DNA of 64,000 nt from a virus (lineage: Duplodnaviria; Caudoviricetes). The stretch spans positions 192,001 through 256,000 of IMG/VR virus record IMGVR_UViG_3300027804_002812; one strand, 5' to 3'. The notes under the pieces are model-generated. The model was given only the letters and a program-made list of their open reading frames with translations, was not told the origin of the DNA and did not search any database. Positions 8,547 through 17,814 of the stretch are shown here, one piece after another (position 1 is the first letter of the stretch; every line of letters starts with the position of its first letter). Both the position numbers and the translations under genes were made by a program.

Positions 8547-8774
8547 TTACATTTCGTGAAACAAATACTTGTTGATATTATCCAAGGTATAAGTAGATTC
8601 TCGTTTATCGTAGACATGTTCCCATAAGGTTTTATTTTTGAGATATGGGTGAGGTTGAGACTTCGCCCATCTTTTTCCCATTTTATAATCTTTAACATTA
8701 TACGTTAATTTTTTTGTTGGTTGTTTAGCAAACCAACCTCTCACGGTCATTTTTAATTTGTGTAACATAAGCAT
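8547..8774 (-). CDS. Hypothetical protein
   Basis: 75-aa basic ORF. Confidence 0.65.
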   Translation of the reverse strand: MLMLHKLKMTVRGWFAKQPTKKLTYNVKDYKMGKRWAKSQPHPYLKNKTLWEHVYDKRESTYTLDNINKYLFHEM

Positions 8775-8809
8775 AAAAAAACCCCTAATATAAGGGGTCT
8801 AAATTTTGT

Positions 8810-9004
8810 TTATAGATATAATCTTTGTGTGTCCAAATAAAGTTGTTTCATTCGTGCTTCCAAAATAGTAATTTGTTTTTGGTCGGCTTCTGAAACATCA
8901 AAACTTTTGGCTTTAATCAGTCTAACTTGTTCCGCCATTTTTTCGTATCTGAATAACATGTCGTTGTAAAGTTTTGCTTTTTCGTCGTTTGTTAAGTAAC
9001 CCAT
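8810..9004 (-). CDS. Hypothetical coiled-coil protein
   Basis: 64 aa; TATTTAT upstream. Confidence 0.7.
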   Translation of the reverse strand: MGYLTNDEKAKLYNDMLFRYEKMAEQVRLIKAKSFDVSEADQKQITILEARMKQLYLDTQRLYL

Positions 9005-9070
9005 AGTGTCGTTTTTTATAAATATATTATGGGATTGATAATTGTAAATTAATTTAGTATTTTATAATTA

Positions 9071-10339
9071 ATGGGAAAATTTACATTGAACACGGTTTAT
9101 AATTTTTGGGACGGAGATAATCCAATACCAAATGGTAAATTTCAATATCCTAAAAAACATTTTTGGGATATCGAAGAATTTATAAAATTATACATAAATT
9201 CTTTTTCGGGTGAGGGTGATAAAATTACTGTAAAGAATACTAAAATTTCCGATGTATATGAAAATCCAAATCAAAAATATTTTTATTTTATCGGTCATGC
9301 AACAATGAATATTGATGAGATAATTGAGGATGATTTAATTATTAGTGAAGAAATCAAAAAGTGTTTAAGATTATGTGATAATTTTAATATTGTATTTCTC
9401 ACACATCATGAACCTGATGACGAAAATGGATTTATTAGATTGAATAATTTGGATTTACCAAAAAATCAAATATACATCATAAACAATAATCATAAATTGG
9501 CGGAATATGTGAATAAACATAATTCTAAAATTAAAGTTCATAGTGCCATGTACTTGCCCGTCGTGGTTTCGGAGTCATTAAGAGAATTGGGTGGAACAGA
9601 ATTTAGTACAGAAGAGAAAGAAAAATTTTTTATGAGCTTCAATAGGGTACCAAAAATACATAGGTATTCTTTGTTGGCGTTTATGATGAAAAATAATCTA
9701 TTGTCTGACACCAACTGGTCTTTGATTCCAGTTTATTTTGTTGACTTCAATTGTAACTCTTATGATAAAATATTTGAGATGGGTGAGTGTGAAAACTATT
9801 TAGAAGAGATTGATACTCTGAATAAATTGAAACGGAAAATAAGTGACCATGAATCAACAGAACTATCTTTTGATGACAATAATCGAATCACAGTATTAAA
9901 TCCAAAATATGCAAAGGTTTTGCTCCCACCCGAAATGCCTCTCAATTACGAAAACTCATATGTCAATATTGTAACCGAATCTAATTTTTTAGATAAAGAA
10001 AATGTGATTCAAATAACCGAAAAATCATTCAAACCATTTTTCTATTACCAATTCCCAATGATTTTGGCAACTCATCATCATACAAAATCCTTAAAAGAAA
10101 AATATGGGTTTGATTTTTTTGATGATATAATTGACCATAGTTACGATAATGAAATGGACCAAAAGAAAAGGTTCAGTATGTTTGTTAAGGAAGTGAAAAG
10201 ATTACATGATAATAAAGAAAGTTTGATTGAGTTTTATAACAACAATCAACATCGTTTCGAAGAAAATAAGAAAAAAGTTATTAGTATTGGAAATAATATA
10301 TCTGACTACCTTTTTATAAGGTCATTATCTAATTCATGA
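9071..10339 (+). CDS. Putative glycosyltransferase (GT10-like C-terminal motif)
   Basis: FMSFNRVPKIHR...SYVNIVTES...ITEKSFKPF. Confidence 0.55.
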   Translation: MGKFTLNTVYNFWDGDNPIPNGKFQYPKKHFWDIEEFIKLYINSFSGEGDKITVKNTKISDVYENPNQKYFYFIGHATMNIDEIIEDDLIISEEIKKCLRLCDNFNIVFLTHHEPDDENGFIRLNNLDLPKNQIYIINNNHKLAEYVNKHNSKIKVHSAMYLPVVVSESLRELGGTEFSTEEKEKFFMSFNRVPKIHRYSLLAFMMKNNLLSDTNWSLIPVYFVDFNCNSYDKIFEMGECENYLEEIDTLNKLKRKISDHESTELSFDDNNRITVLNPKYAKVLLPPEMPLNYENSYVNIVTESNFLDKENVIQITEKSFKPFFYYQFPMILATHHHTKSLKEKYGFDFFDDIIDHSYDNEMDQKKRFSMFVKEVKRLHDNKESLIEFYNNNQHRFEENKKKVISIGNNISDYLFIRSLSNS

Positions 10340-11073
10340 TAACATTTCACAATAAAATCATGAACTAATTCGGAAATCAATTTATATCCTTCAATATTTG
10401 GGTGTTGGGTGGGACGATCTTTATAATTGTCAATGTGCTCCCATATATCTTCCCTATTTGTATTATTCAAAAAATCTCGGATAGTTTTTTTGTTGAACTC
10501 CCAATAATTTTTGTTATCTATCAAATCTATTTTACTGTCATTCTCATTTACGTTGATTATCATGCTTTCAAACGCATCGAACATAACATATTTGATTTTG
10601 TAGAACTCAAACATTTTTTGTAAAAAAATAATATAGTTTTGATTGACGATGTTATAATAATTTTGGTTAAATAAATCTGTTATAAATAATTCTTTGAAGG
10701 AATATAAGAAGTTATTATATTTCTCATTTTCACTTTGGTATGATTCTATGAATTTGTGTGGGAGTTCGACTAAATGTTTTACAGACCAGCTTACCCACTC
10801 ATTCTTGGGTAGAAATGGCACAATGTCTCTTAATGATGATGACCACATAACAACGACAACATCATTTTCTTGAATTTTATTTTCTATCAGGTCGTCAACA
10901 ACTTTATTGAAAATACTTAAATTTGAATTTCCTGAAATACCGCTATTATTAGAGTTGATACCAAGTTTGTCGGATACGATTTTTACCCAAGAGTGGTTTT
11001 TCCACTCCTTTCTATCATTTGTTGTTCCTTGTCCTTCGGTCCAACTATCTCCATAAGCGTGTAAGTTCATCAA
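10306..11073 (-). CDS. SGNH/GDSL-like hydrolase paralog 1
   Basis: AYGDSW, GISGNSN, QHPNIEGY. Confidence 0.75.
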   Translation of the reverse strand: MMNLHAYGDSWTEGQGTTNDRKEWKNHSWVKIVSDKLGINSNNSGISGNSNLSIFNKVVDDLIENKIQENDVVVVMWSSSLRDIVPFLPKNEWVSWSVKHLVELPHKFIESYQSENEKYNNFLYSFKELFITDLFNQNYYNIVNQNYIIFLQKMFEFYKIKYVMFDAFESMIINVNENDSKIDLIDNKNYWEFNKKTIRDFLNNTNREDIWEHIDNYKDRPTQHPNIEGYKLISELVHDFIVKCYHELDNDLIKR

Positions 11074-11105
11074 TTAAAAAATACCAATAAACATATGGTT
11101 GTAAA

Positions 11106-11387
11106 TTACTTTTCGTATTTGATTTCTTCGTGGGCTTTCTTGATACCATCTAATCCTTTGTAGATTAAATCCTTAACTTCAGGACGAGTTTTCTTTCCTC
11201 CCTTGAACATGGATATCAACTCTTCCAAACTATCAATCACTTCTTCACTCGCATCGATTACATCCAAATTACCATTATCAGTATCTGTTTGCATAGGTTG
11301 TGTGTATATATCCAAATCCATGGCAACACTATTTGACCCTGTTTCAACTAATTTTTTATATTGATTTTCGCTAATAATGACTTTCAT
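11106..11387 (-). CDS. Leader-tagged hypothetical protein
   Basis: MKVIISENQYKKLVE leader. Confidence 0.75.
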   Translation of the reverse strand: MKVIISENQYKKLVETGSNSVAMDLDIYTQPMQTDTDNGNLDVIDASEEVIDSLEELISMFKGGKKTRPEVKDLIYKGLDGIKKAHEEIKYEK

Positions 11388-11401
11388 CGTAATCTGATTT
11401 A

Positions 11402-11413
11402 TATTTATAAATA
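11402..11413. promoter_or_regulatory. Palindromic TATTTATAAATA: back-to-back putative late promoter motif
   Basis: Lies between divergent genes 11387(-) and 11423(+); gives TATTTAT on both strands. Confidence 0.6.
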
Positions 11414-11422
11414 CATAAAAGT

Positions 11423-12043
11423 ATGCTTATGAGACAAATTATAAAATTAATCTTCGTTTTGTCATTAGTTATTATGACATCTTGTTCAACTCAACAACGA
11501 GTAGTTTATAGAAACTGCGATTGTAATACCACCACATTCGGATTTGGATGGAATAATAATCCGTATTGGGGGTTAAATAACCAATTTTATGGGTGGAATA
11601 ACCCATATTGGGGATGGAACAACTGGAATTGGTATCCATATCGAGTAATCCCAAGATATTACGTGTATCCCAATAGAATTCAACCATCTGAACCTTCAAG
11701 ATATGAGAGAAGACAATCTATTGGAGCTAGACCGAGTAGAAATTTTCAGAATGAACCCAATCGTACAGATAATTTGTATCCAGGAAGAACTGAACCGAAC
11801 AGATATCAGAATGAAACTCCAAATAGATGGGAATCTCCATCAAGAGTTCAACAAAGAACAAATTCTAATGTTACAACTCAACCAAATAGGGTAGAATCTC
11901 CATCAAGAGTTCAACAAAGAACAAATACACCTGTTACAACACAACCAAGTCGAGTAGAGACACCTTCAAGGGTTCAACAACGAACAAATACACCTGTTAC
12001 GACACAACCAACGAGAAGTAGAGTCCAAAATAGGGAAAATTAA
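11423..12043 (+). CDS. Lipoprotein with W/N/Y-rich segment and 21-aa tandem repeats
   Basis: Lipobox-like VIMTSC; WNNNPYWG..WNNPYWGWNNWNW; R/Q/T/P-rich tail. Confidence 0.7.
   Translation: MLMRQIIKLIFVLSLVIMTSCSTQQRVVYRNCDCNTTTFGFGWNNNPYWGLNNQFYGWNNPYWGWNNWNWYPYRVIPRYYVYPNRIQPSEPSRYERRQSIGARPSRNFQNEPNRTDNLYPGRTEPNRYQNETPNRWESPSRVQQRTNSNVTTQPNRVESPSRVQQRTNTPVTTQPSRVETPSRVQQRTNTPVTTQPTRSRVQNREN
11831..12013 (+). repeat. 63-bp in-frame tandem repeat x~3
   Basis: Units start at 11831, 11894 and 11957 (ESPSRVQQRTN.xVTTQP). Confidence 0.9.
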
Positions 12044-12249
12044 GGTTTTTTAGGTTTTTTTGAGGATTTTTCCTTCCATTCTAACCAAAAACCTGTTGCA
12101 ACAATGATATTCATGCCCATTGAGGCTAAAATTTCGTGTAAATCATGGTAAATGTTAGTTGTTAGGTGTACATGACCGACAACCCAAAAGGGAATTGATA
12201 GATTTGTTGCAATCCACTTGATAAAAAACTTAAAAAACTTCAATTTCAT
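12040..12249 (-). CDS. Small membrane protein
   Basis: Two hydrophobic segments, Lys-rich tail. Confidence 0.65.
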   Translation of the reverse strand: MKLKFFKFFIKWIATNLSIPFWVVGHVHLTTNIYHDLHEILASMGMNIIVATGFWLEWKEKSSKKPKKP

Positions 12250-12697
12250 GTAAAAAATGTTCTAATTTGATGTTTTTTTCGGGAATATGCTTTTTTAAGT
12301 CCAAAAATCGTCTTACAACACTATGTGGGAACCCATAACGTTCGTTAAGTTTCCAATTTTTAGTGGTTCCTCTTGTAATTCCGTCAATATAGTACGAAAT
12401 ATCCAAATTTCTCCTTGAAATTTGGTTTATTTGGTATCCAAAACCGATTTCAACCCATTTTTTTAACAAAATTTGATATTGTTTCTGTTCCAAAGAGAAA
12501 AAATAGAAAAAATCATCAAAAAACTTTGGATTATAGTTCAATTTTCCTTCACTATTGTACTGAAAATACCAATTTACTTCTTCCAAATCTAAAATCCAGA
12601 TATCTTTACCGTATGGATAGTAAATTTTATCCGACAATTCCTCAGAAAGTCGTTGATAAATGAATTTTCTTAATTTTACGTTGTCAATTATATCCAC
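12230..12697 (-). CDS. Hypothetical protein, paralog of the N-terminal domain of 20534..21190
   Basis: KLRKFIYQRLSEELS...IW..D....WY...FF..FF..FS.EQ......WVE shared; GTG start at 12697 is a guess (track start 12781). Confidence 0.7.
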   Translation of the reverse strand: MDIIDNVKLRKFIYQRLSEELSDKIYYPYGKDIWILDLEEVNWYFQYNSEGKLNYNPKFFDDFFYFFSLEQKQYQILLKKWVEIGFGYQINQISRRNLDISYYIDGITRGTTKNWKLNERYGFPHSVVRRFLDLKKHIPEKNIKLEHFLHEIEVF

Positions 12698-12849
12698 CAA
12701 GAAAAAAATATGTAATAAATCACATAAAGGACATAGGTACCGAACAAAATACCCGATACTAAGGCCAAAATGACTAACCATTCAAAAAATTTCTTAATCA
12801 TGATTAAATTATGTATTTTATAAATACGATTGTAAATAAAAACCCTCAA

Positions 12850-13035
12850 TTAATGAGGGTCTTGTTTAAGTTTTCTCTTTGTTAAAAAATAACGGATACC
12901 TTTGATATCAAAGAACTCAGTACCAACCTCAAAAATGTGCTTTTTTAATGGCTCGAAAGTTAAAATTTCATTAGGATATTTTAAGAGAATCTTGTTATCG
13001 TCGATTTTAATTAAATTGATATTTTCCATAATCAA
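12850..13035 (-). CDS. Hypothetical protein
   Basis: 61-aa ORF between terminators. Confidence 0.6.
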   Translation of the reverse strand: MIMENINLIKIDDNKILLKYPNEILTFEPLKKHIFEVGTEFFDIKGIRYFLTKRKLKQDPH

Positions 13036-13058
13036 AATATAATAAATAAATGTTAAAT

Positions 13059-13086
13059 AAAAAACCCCACTCTATTAGGTGGGGTC
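13059..13086 (-). terminator. Intrinsic terminator (CCCCAC family)
   Basis: A-run-ACCCCAC-tctattag-GTGGGGT. Confidence 0.75.
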
Positions 13087-13093
13087 TAATTTT

Positions 13094-13795
13094 TTATTTG
13101 TTTCCATCTGTGGGAAATTTCTTATCGGCGTATTGCTGAAACGCTGCTTGGACTCCTCGTGTATTTGGTGCTGCTGGAGGAGCGAGTAAAGCATTTATTG
13201 TTTCAGGGCCAACAATACCATCTTTCTCTAATGATTCTCCCTTATCGTTTTTATTTTCTGATTGGAATTTTTCAACTTGTGTTTTAGTCATGCGACCGAA
13301 CATACTGTCAGGTTTACCGGACTTACTAACGTCTTTATATCCTTTACCAATCAATAATTCTTGTATTTTACCAACGACATCACCTTTCATTCCTATCGAA
13401 ACACTTTTACCATTTTTCAAATCCTCTATAGTTAAAGTTGTTTCTTTCCATGAAAAACCTGAACCTCCACCAGAAGTTCCTGATGAACCCGTAGATCCTC
13501 CAGAAGAACTTGAACCAGTAGATGATGTGTCATCAGAATATTGATCAATACCATTTTCCTCGAAAAAAGATCTACTAACTTCACCTTCTTTTTCTTCATA
13601 CCCTCGGAAAGTTGTTTCCGGGTCAGGCATATTTGCCCGTCTAAATGCTTGTGGTAAAGTAGGTAATTGTCTAGAACCTAGTCCAGTACTAGCAGTATTG
13701 AAACGGGTATTCCCTAGTTGTTGCTCAGAAATCAATTTTTTATGTAAATTGAGTATTCTATTTTTTTCGTCTTCGTGTACTATAAACTTTTTCAT
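13094..13795 (-). CDS. Leader-tagged protein with PG-binding domain
   Basis: MKKFIVHEDEK..LISE leader; S/G linker; GMKGDVVGKIQ...DSMFG..T...VEKFQ..DGIVGPET. Confidence 0.8.
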   Translation of the reverse strand: MKKFIVHEDEKNRILNLHKKLISEQQLGNTRFNTASTGLGSRQLPTLPQAFRRANMPDPETTFRGYEEKEGEVSRSFFEENGIDQYSDDTSSTGSSSSGGSTGSSGTSGGGSGFSWKETTLTIEDLKNGKSVSIGMKGDVVGKIQELLIGKGYKDVSKSGKPDSMFGRMTKTQVEKFQSENKNDKGESLEKDGIVGPETINALLAPPAAPNTRGVQAAFQQYADKKFPTDGNK

Positions 13796-14529
13796 TTTAT
13801 CAATCCCTCCTTCCTTTGGTATTCTATTAGTTTATTTTCTGTTTGGGTATCAAATATCCCGTTCACAGTCAAAGGATTATTAGGTAACTTACTATTTAAG
13901 AATTTTTGTAATTTCACAACATTTGGACCTTTGCTACCGTATTTCAATGGAAATGTATCACGGTCTATTGTTGCCCAATTATCACTTCTACTGGAGTAAC
14001 TCTCATCATCAGTAAAAATGAAAAAATGGTGGTCTCCATCACAATTCCATTTTCCAGTAAATTCATTTACACCATCTTTGGACTGAACCCATTTTTTATC
14101 TTTGTAAAATATATGTGAAACTTTATTCGGTTCGTCTACAAAGAAAGATACAGAATTCCCATCTGAACTTACAGTAGCTACAGGACCACGTACATTTTTA
14201 TTTTTTAATATACAAGCAAATACAGAATTATTAACGTCAGACTCATCTTCTACAGATGGTCTTTCCACCCAACCTCCACCATCGGAAGACCAAGTGTGTT
14301 TCTCAGTGGTAATAATAAAATTATTATTACCTTTACATTCCCATGTTCCTGTTGACTTTTGTTCATATTTTCCATCAACGTTTGGTAGTAAATAAAACCA
14401 ATCACCATTGAAAGTAAATACGTACATTGAATTGTCCTGAGGATATTTTGTATATAAACGGTCAGTCATTTCCCTGACCTCTTGAGGTATTTTTTTATAA
14501 AATTCTATAATACATTTTTTATCTGGCAT
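13792..14529 (-). CDS. Protein with internal duplication and C-terminal PG-binding domain
   Basis: TGTWECKGNNNF / TGKWNCDGDHHF repeats; LKYGSKGPNVVKLQ..NGIFDTQT. Confidence 0.75.
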   Translation of the reverse strand: MPDKKCIIEFYKKIPQEVREMTDRLYTKYPQDNSMYVFTFNGDWFYLLPNVDGKYEQKSTGTWECKGNNNFIITTEKHTWSSDGGGWVERPSVEDESDVNNSVFACILKNKNVRGPVATVSSDGNSVSFFVDEPNKVSHIFYKDKKWVQSKDGVNEFTGKWNCDGDHHFFIFTDDESYSSRSDNWATIDRDTFPLKYGSKGPNVVKLQKFLNSKLPNNPLTVNGIFDTQTENKLIEYQRKEGLIK

Positions 14530-14573
14530 AATCGTTTTATTTATAAATATATTTAATAACCCAATGAGTCGAG

Positions 14574-16238
14574 TTAAATACTAGGAGGACCACCAGGAGG
14601 GCCTCCTGGTGCTGGTTGAGGATTTGGGGTTGTTATGTTTGGTTGTTGTGGGTTGATTCTAACGGAAGGTATTTGAGGTCGTTGTATATTAGGAATATTA
14701 TTTATCCTACGCATTTCACGATCGATTATTTCTTGATTTCTACGTTCGGTTTCATCTGCCCATCGTTTGAAACCTCCAGATTCAAACCAATCTAAACCGG
14801 TACCAATTTCATCCCAAAAAGTTGTAAATGGATTCAAAGCTTTCCAAATATTATATTGCTCCTCATCCAAACTATTTTTAGCTTGTTGGTCTATGTCTCT
14901 TTCCAATCCTAACGCAAATTCTTTGAACCTTTCAATAACAAATAGTTTGTATCTTTCCCAAAAACCTATACCTTGTTCATCAGTAGTTATCCCATGATAA
15001 AGTGAATCATATAACGCATACAATATTGGAACAATAGTACTTTTAATTACCTTCGATGTTGCAGCAAAATACAAAGATCCCAAAGCAACACCGTGTTTTC
15101 TAACATAACTGTTGAATATTTCGTTAATTTTGTAAATTGTACTTGTAGAAATAAACATTAATGTCCTTTGAATAAAATTACCCCACCAAATCATCCATGG
15201 AGACGGGTTAAATATTGTCTCATTTTTTCCTGGAAACCTTAACATTTTTCCGAGAGCCGACTCATCTGTCAAATATTTATAGTAACTCGGATAATCTTCA
15301 CTTAATTTATCATTTTTTTTCAATTTTTCTACGAAATCATAACCTCTTCCTCGTCCGAGCTTAGTTTCAACCGCATCTTGAATAACATTATAAATCTCAC
15401 TTTTGGTAAAATATTCGGTTTGCCTCAATGCTTCAATTTCAGCGTCTATTGCAGCAAATATTTGAGGTTTCGTTTCAAAAAATTTTTTATCACTGTCAAT
15501 TTGTTTAATTAGACCTATGATTTTTTCTAAAGACTTACTTTGCCCACCATCTATTCCGAGCCTCTTAATTTGAGTATTGTAGGCATTATTAAGTATGTAA
15601 TTTATTTTAGCTCTTAACCCACGAAACCATAGTTTATCTGTCAATAGGATTTTATCCTTGGCAGACAAACCTCTCGAAGTTATAATATCCCAATCTTCTA
15701 TTAGTTTACTAAGTTTACCCTCTGGTGTTGTATCATCAATTACTTTTACAGGTTTTGTAATTGCGTCTATTACGTCCTTTTTTATTATATCCTTAACTCC
15801 CTGAAATTCTGTATTTATACGGTTATCGACCAGTGATTCGATTGTTTTTTTCACTGAATCTAAGGTATGTTTTGGGTTTCCCTTCTCATCTTTTTCTTGT
15901 AAAAGTTTTTTTCCATGTGCAATTAAATCGTCAACAAATTGTAATACTTCAGCCTTTCTAGTTGACATGACTTTCGAGATAATAACATTTCTAAATGAAG
16001 GATTAACATCTGCCAACTTAGCAAGTGCTGCAATCGCCTCTTCATCATTTTTAGCATTTGCGAGGTCTCCGAATATCTTGGAGTATTTCATTTTAATATC
16101 AGGTAGATTATCTGCGGCTCTAAGAATTAAATCCGATAGCTCCTTAAAAACTAAAACACTTTCATTTATGAGGTAAACTTCCATCAAAACTTTAAGTCTA
16201 TCTAACTCCTCCTGAAGATTTTTTTTATTTTTTCTCAT
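14574..16238 (-). CDS. Large leader-tagged protein with hydrophobic segments
   Basis: NLQEELDRLKVLME..LINE leader; P/Q-rich tail. Confidence 0.8.
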   Translation of the reverse strand: MRKNKKNLQEELDRLKVLMEVYLINESVLVFKELSDLILRAADNLPDIKMKYSKIFGDLANAKNDEEAIAALAKLADVNPSFRNVIISKVMSTRKAEVLQFVDDLIAHGKKLLQEKDEKGNPKHTLDSVKKTIESLVDNRINTEFQGVKDIIKKDVIDAITKPVKVIDDTTPEGKLSKLIEDWDIITSRGLSAKDKILLTDKLWFRGLRAKINYILNNAYNTQIKRLGIDGGQSKSLEKIIGLIKQIDSDKKFFETKPQIFAAIDAEIEALRQTEYFTKSEIYNVIQDAVETKLGRGRGYDFVEKLKKNDKLSEDYPSYYKYLTDESALGKMLRFPGKNETIFNPSPWMIWWGNFIQRTLMFISTSTIYKINEIFNSYVRKHGVALGSLYFAATSKVIKSTIVPILYALYDSLYHGITTDEQGIGFWERYKLFVIERFKEFALGLERDIDQQAKNSLDEEQYNIWKALNPFTTFWDEIGTGLDWFESGGFKRWADETERRNQEIIDREMRRINNIPNIQRPQIPSVRINPQQPNITTPNPQPAPGGPPGGPPSI

Positions 16239-17481
16239 TTGATTTACTAATTATTTTCTTTAATGATTCTGAATCAACAACTCCAGTTTCTTTGAGTTTG
16301 TTTTGACTTTGAAATAGTAATACCGCATCGAATGTGTTATCTCCAAAATCTCCATCAATACTTTTTTTATTATCATCATATCCTTTCAAAGTATCTCCTA
16401 AATCTAAATTTTCTAACATCTCTTGGATTTTTCTGACTGATTCTCCCTTTTGCCCTTTTCTTATGACATAAGGTTCACCAGTGATGGGGTCTATTTGTTT
16501 TGATAAAACAATTTCAAATGAAGGAGATGTAGTTTTATTTTCATTTTGATTTATTAATTCTTCTTCTGACTTTGTGATATCTGATTTATATTCAGGATCA
16601 ATTTCTATTAACCTTTTTGGATCCTTTGATATTTGCTCGAAATTATAATTAAGGTACTCTTCAGCTTGTTTTTCTACGCTCTCCTGATTAGTAAGAACTT
16701 TAAGTAACCTAACTAATGTCTGAAATCCAGAATTAAAACGTAATTTCATTTTTTCTTTATCTGTTCCGTAAAGAGCTAAATATATTTCATCCCATGTATA
16801 ATATATTCCTGAAAGTAATGCGAAAGGCTTTCCGATTGCCCAACTTGTTTTAGATAATAATAACACTGTACCAAACAATTTTTTTCCTCCAGTTTTTATT
16901 ATATTTGATAATATTCTTGTAGTGTAATACTTTTGTGTAAGTTTTGCGATTTCATCAGCCTTTTCAGTAAGTGATTTTATCAAAGTATCGGCTTCTTTTA
17001 TAATGGCCTTTTCAGTGGTATCTAATACCTTTTTACCTGAAAGAGACTTTGCTTTTTTGAGCAAATCAATTGCATATTGTTTTCCTTTTTTAAGTACGCC
17101 TGTAGCCCCTGGTGCAATACGAATCCATTCTCCCAAAGGAATCAAACAAAAAGACAAAATTAATCCACCCATATACGGGTCATTTTCTTTGAAATATAGC
17201 GCAGCATCGGCGTGACACGCCACTAATGACGCTCCCAAAAGAAATGGCGCCGCAGGTGTCGGAAACATACCCAAAAGACCTGTGGTAATATCAACAAAAG
17301 TTAACCAATCATGTTCATTGAAACTTTTGAACCAATTAAAAGTTTTGAGGAGTCCACCCATACCCCCTATTGGTGTGAGTAAATTCCCAACACTTATTTG
17401 TTCATTGACCGCATAAACTCCCATCAAACTTTGAATTCGTTCGATTTCAATTTCATAAAGATATTTACCCTCTTGTACCAC
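16225..17481 (-). CDS. Leader-tagged protein: hydrophobic hairpin domain + C-terminal PG-binding domain
   Basis: YEIEIERIQSLMG..VNE; DITTGLLGMFP..APFLLGASL; RKGQKGESVRKIQ..DGDFGDNTFDAV..FQ. Confidence 0.8.
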   Translation of the reverse strand: MVQEGKYLYEIEIERIQSLMGVYAVNEQISVGNLLTPIGGMGGLLKTFNWFKSFNEHDWLTFVDITTGLLGMFPTPAAPFLLGASLVACHADAALYFKENDPYMGGLILSFCLIPLGEWIRIAPGATGVLKKGKQYAIDLLKKAKSLSGKKVLDTTEKAIIKEADTLIKSLTEKADEIAKLTQKYYTTRILSNIIKTGGKKLFGTVLLLSKTSWAIGKPFALLSGIYYTWDEIYLALYGTDKEKMKLRFNSGFQTLVRLLKVLTNQESVEKQAEEYLNYNFEQISKDPKRLIEIDPEYKSDITKSEEELINQNENKTTSPSFEIVLSKQIDPITGEPYVIRKGQKGESVRKIQEMLENLDLGDTLKGYDDNKKSIDGDFGDNTFDAVLLFQSQNKLKETGVVDSESLKKIISKSNEKK

Positions 17482-17530
17482 AAACTAATCTTTTTTATAT
17501 AAATATAATGGTAACATCAATTATTTTGTT

Positions 17531-17538
17531 TATCTTTG
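17531..17538 (+). promoter_or_regulatory. Bacteroidota -7 element (TATCTTTG)
   Basis: Directly before ATG 17543 (near-leaderless). Confidence 0.55.
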
Positions 17539-17542
17539 TTTC

Positions 17543-17812
17543 ATGATAAACTTCAACATTGGACAAAAAATAAAGTCCCTAACAAAAAAATCAACACACG
17601 TTATCGAGTCTATCGAAACTGTAGAAGGTAAAACTGTGATTTTCACAGAAGATGTAAAATGTTTTCCAATCGAAGACGTGGAACGGCATTATGATTCGTT
17701 TGTTTCTGAGTACTTCATAAAAATTTTCTCAGGAGGCACTCCAACAAAAGAGGAAGATGAAAAATTAAACAAAATATTTCAAGGAATGAATTTGGTAACG
17801 TTGAAAAAGTAA
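17543..17812 (+). CDS. Hypothetical protein
   Basis: 89-aa ORF. Confidence 0.7.
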   Translation: MINFNIGQKIKSLTKKSTHVIESIETVEGKTVIFTEDVKCFPIEDVERHYDSFVSEYFIKIFSGGTPTKEEDEKLNKIFQGMNLVTLKK

Positions 17813-17814
17813 TT

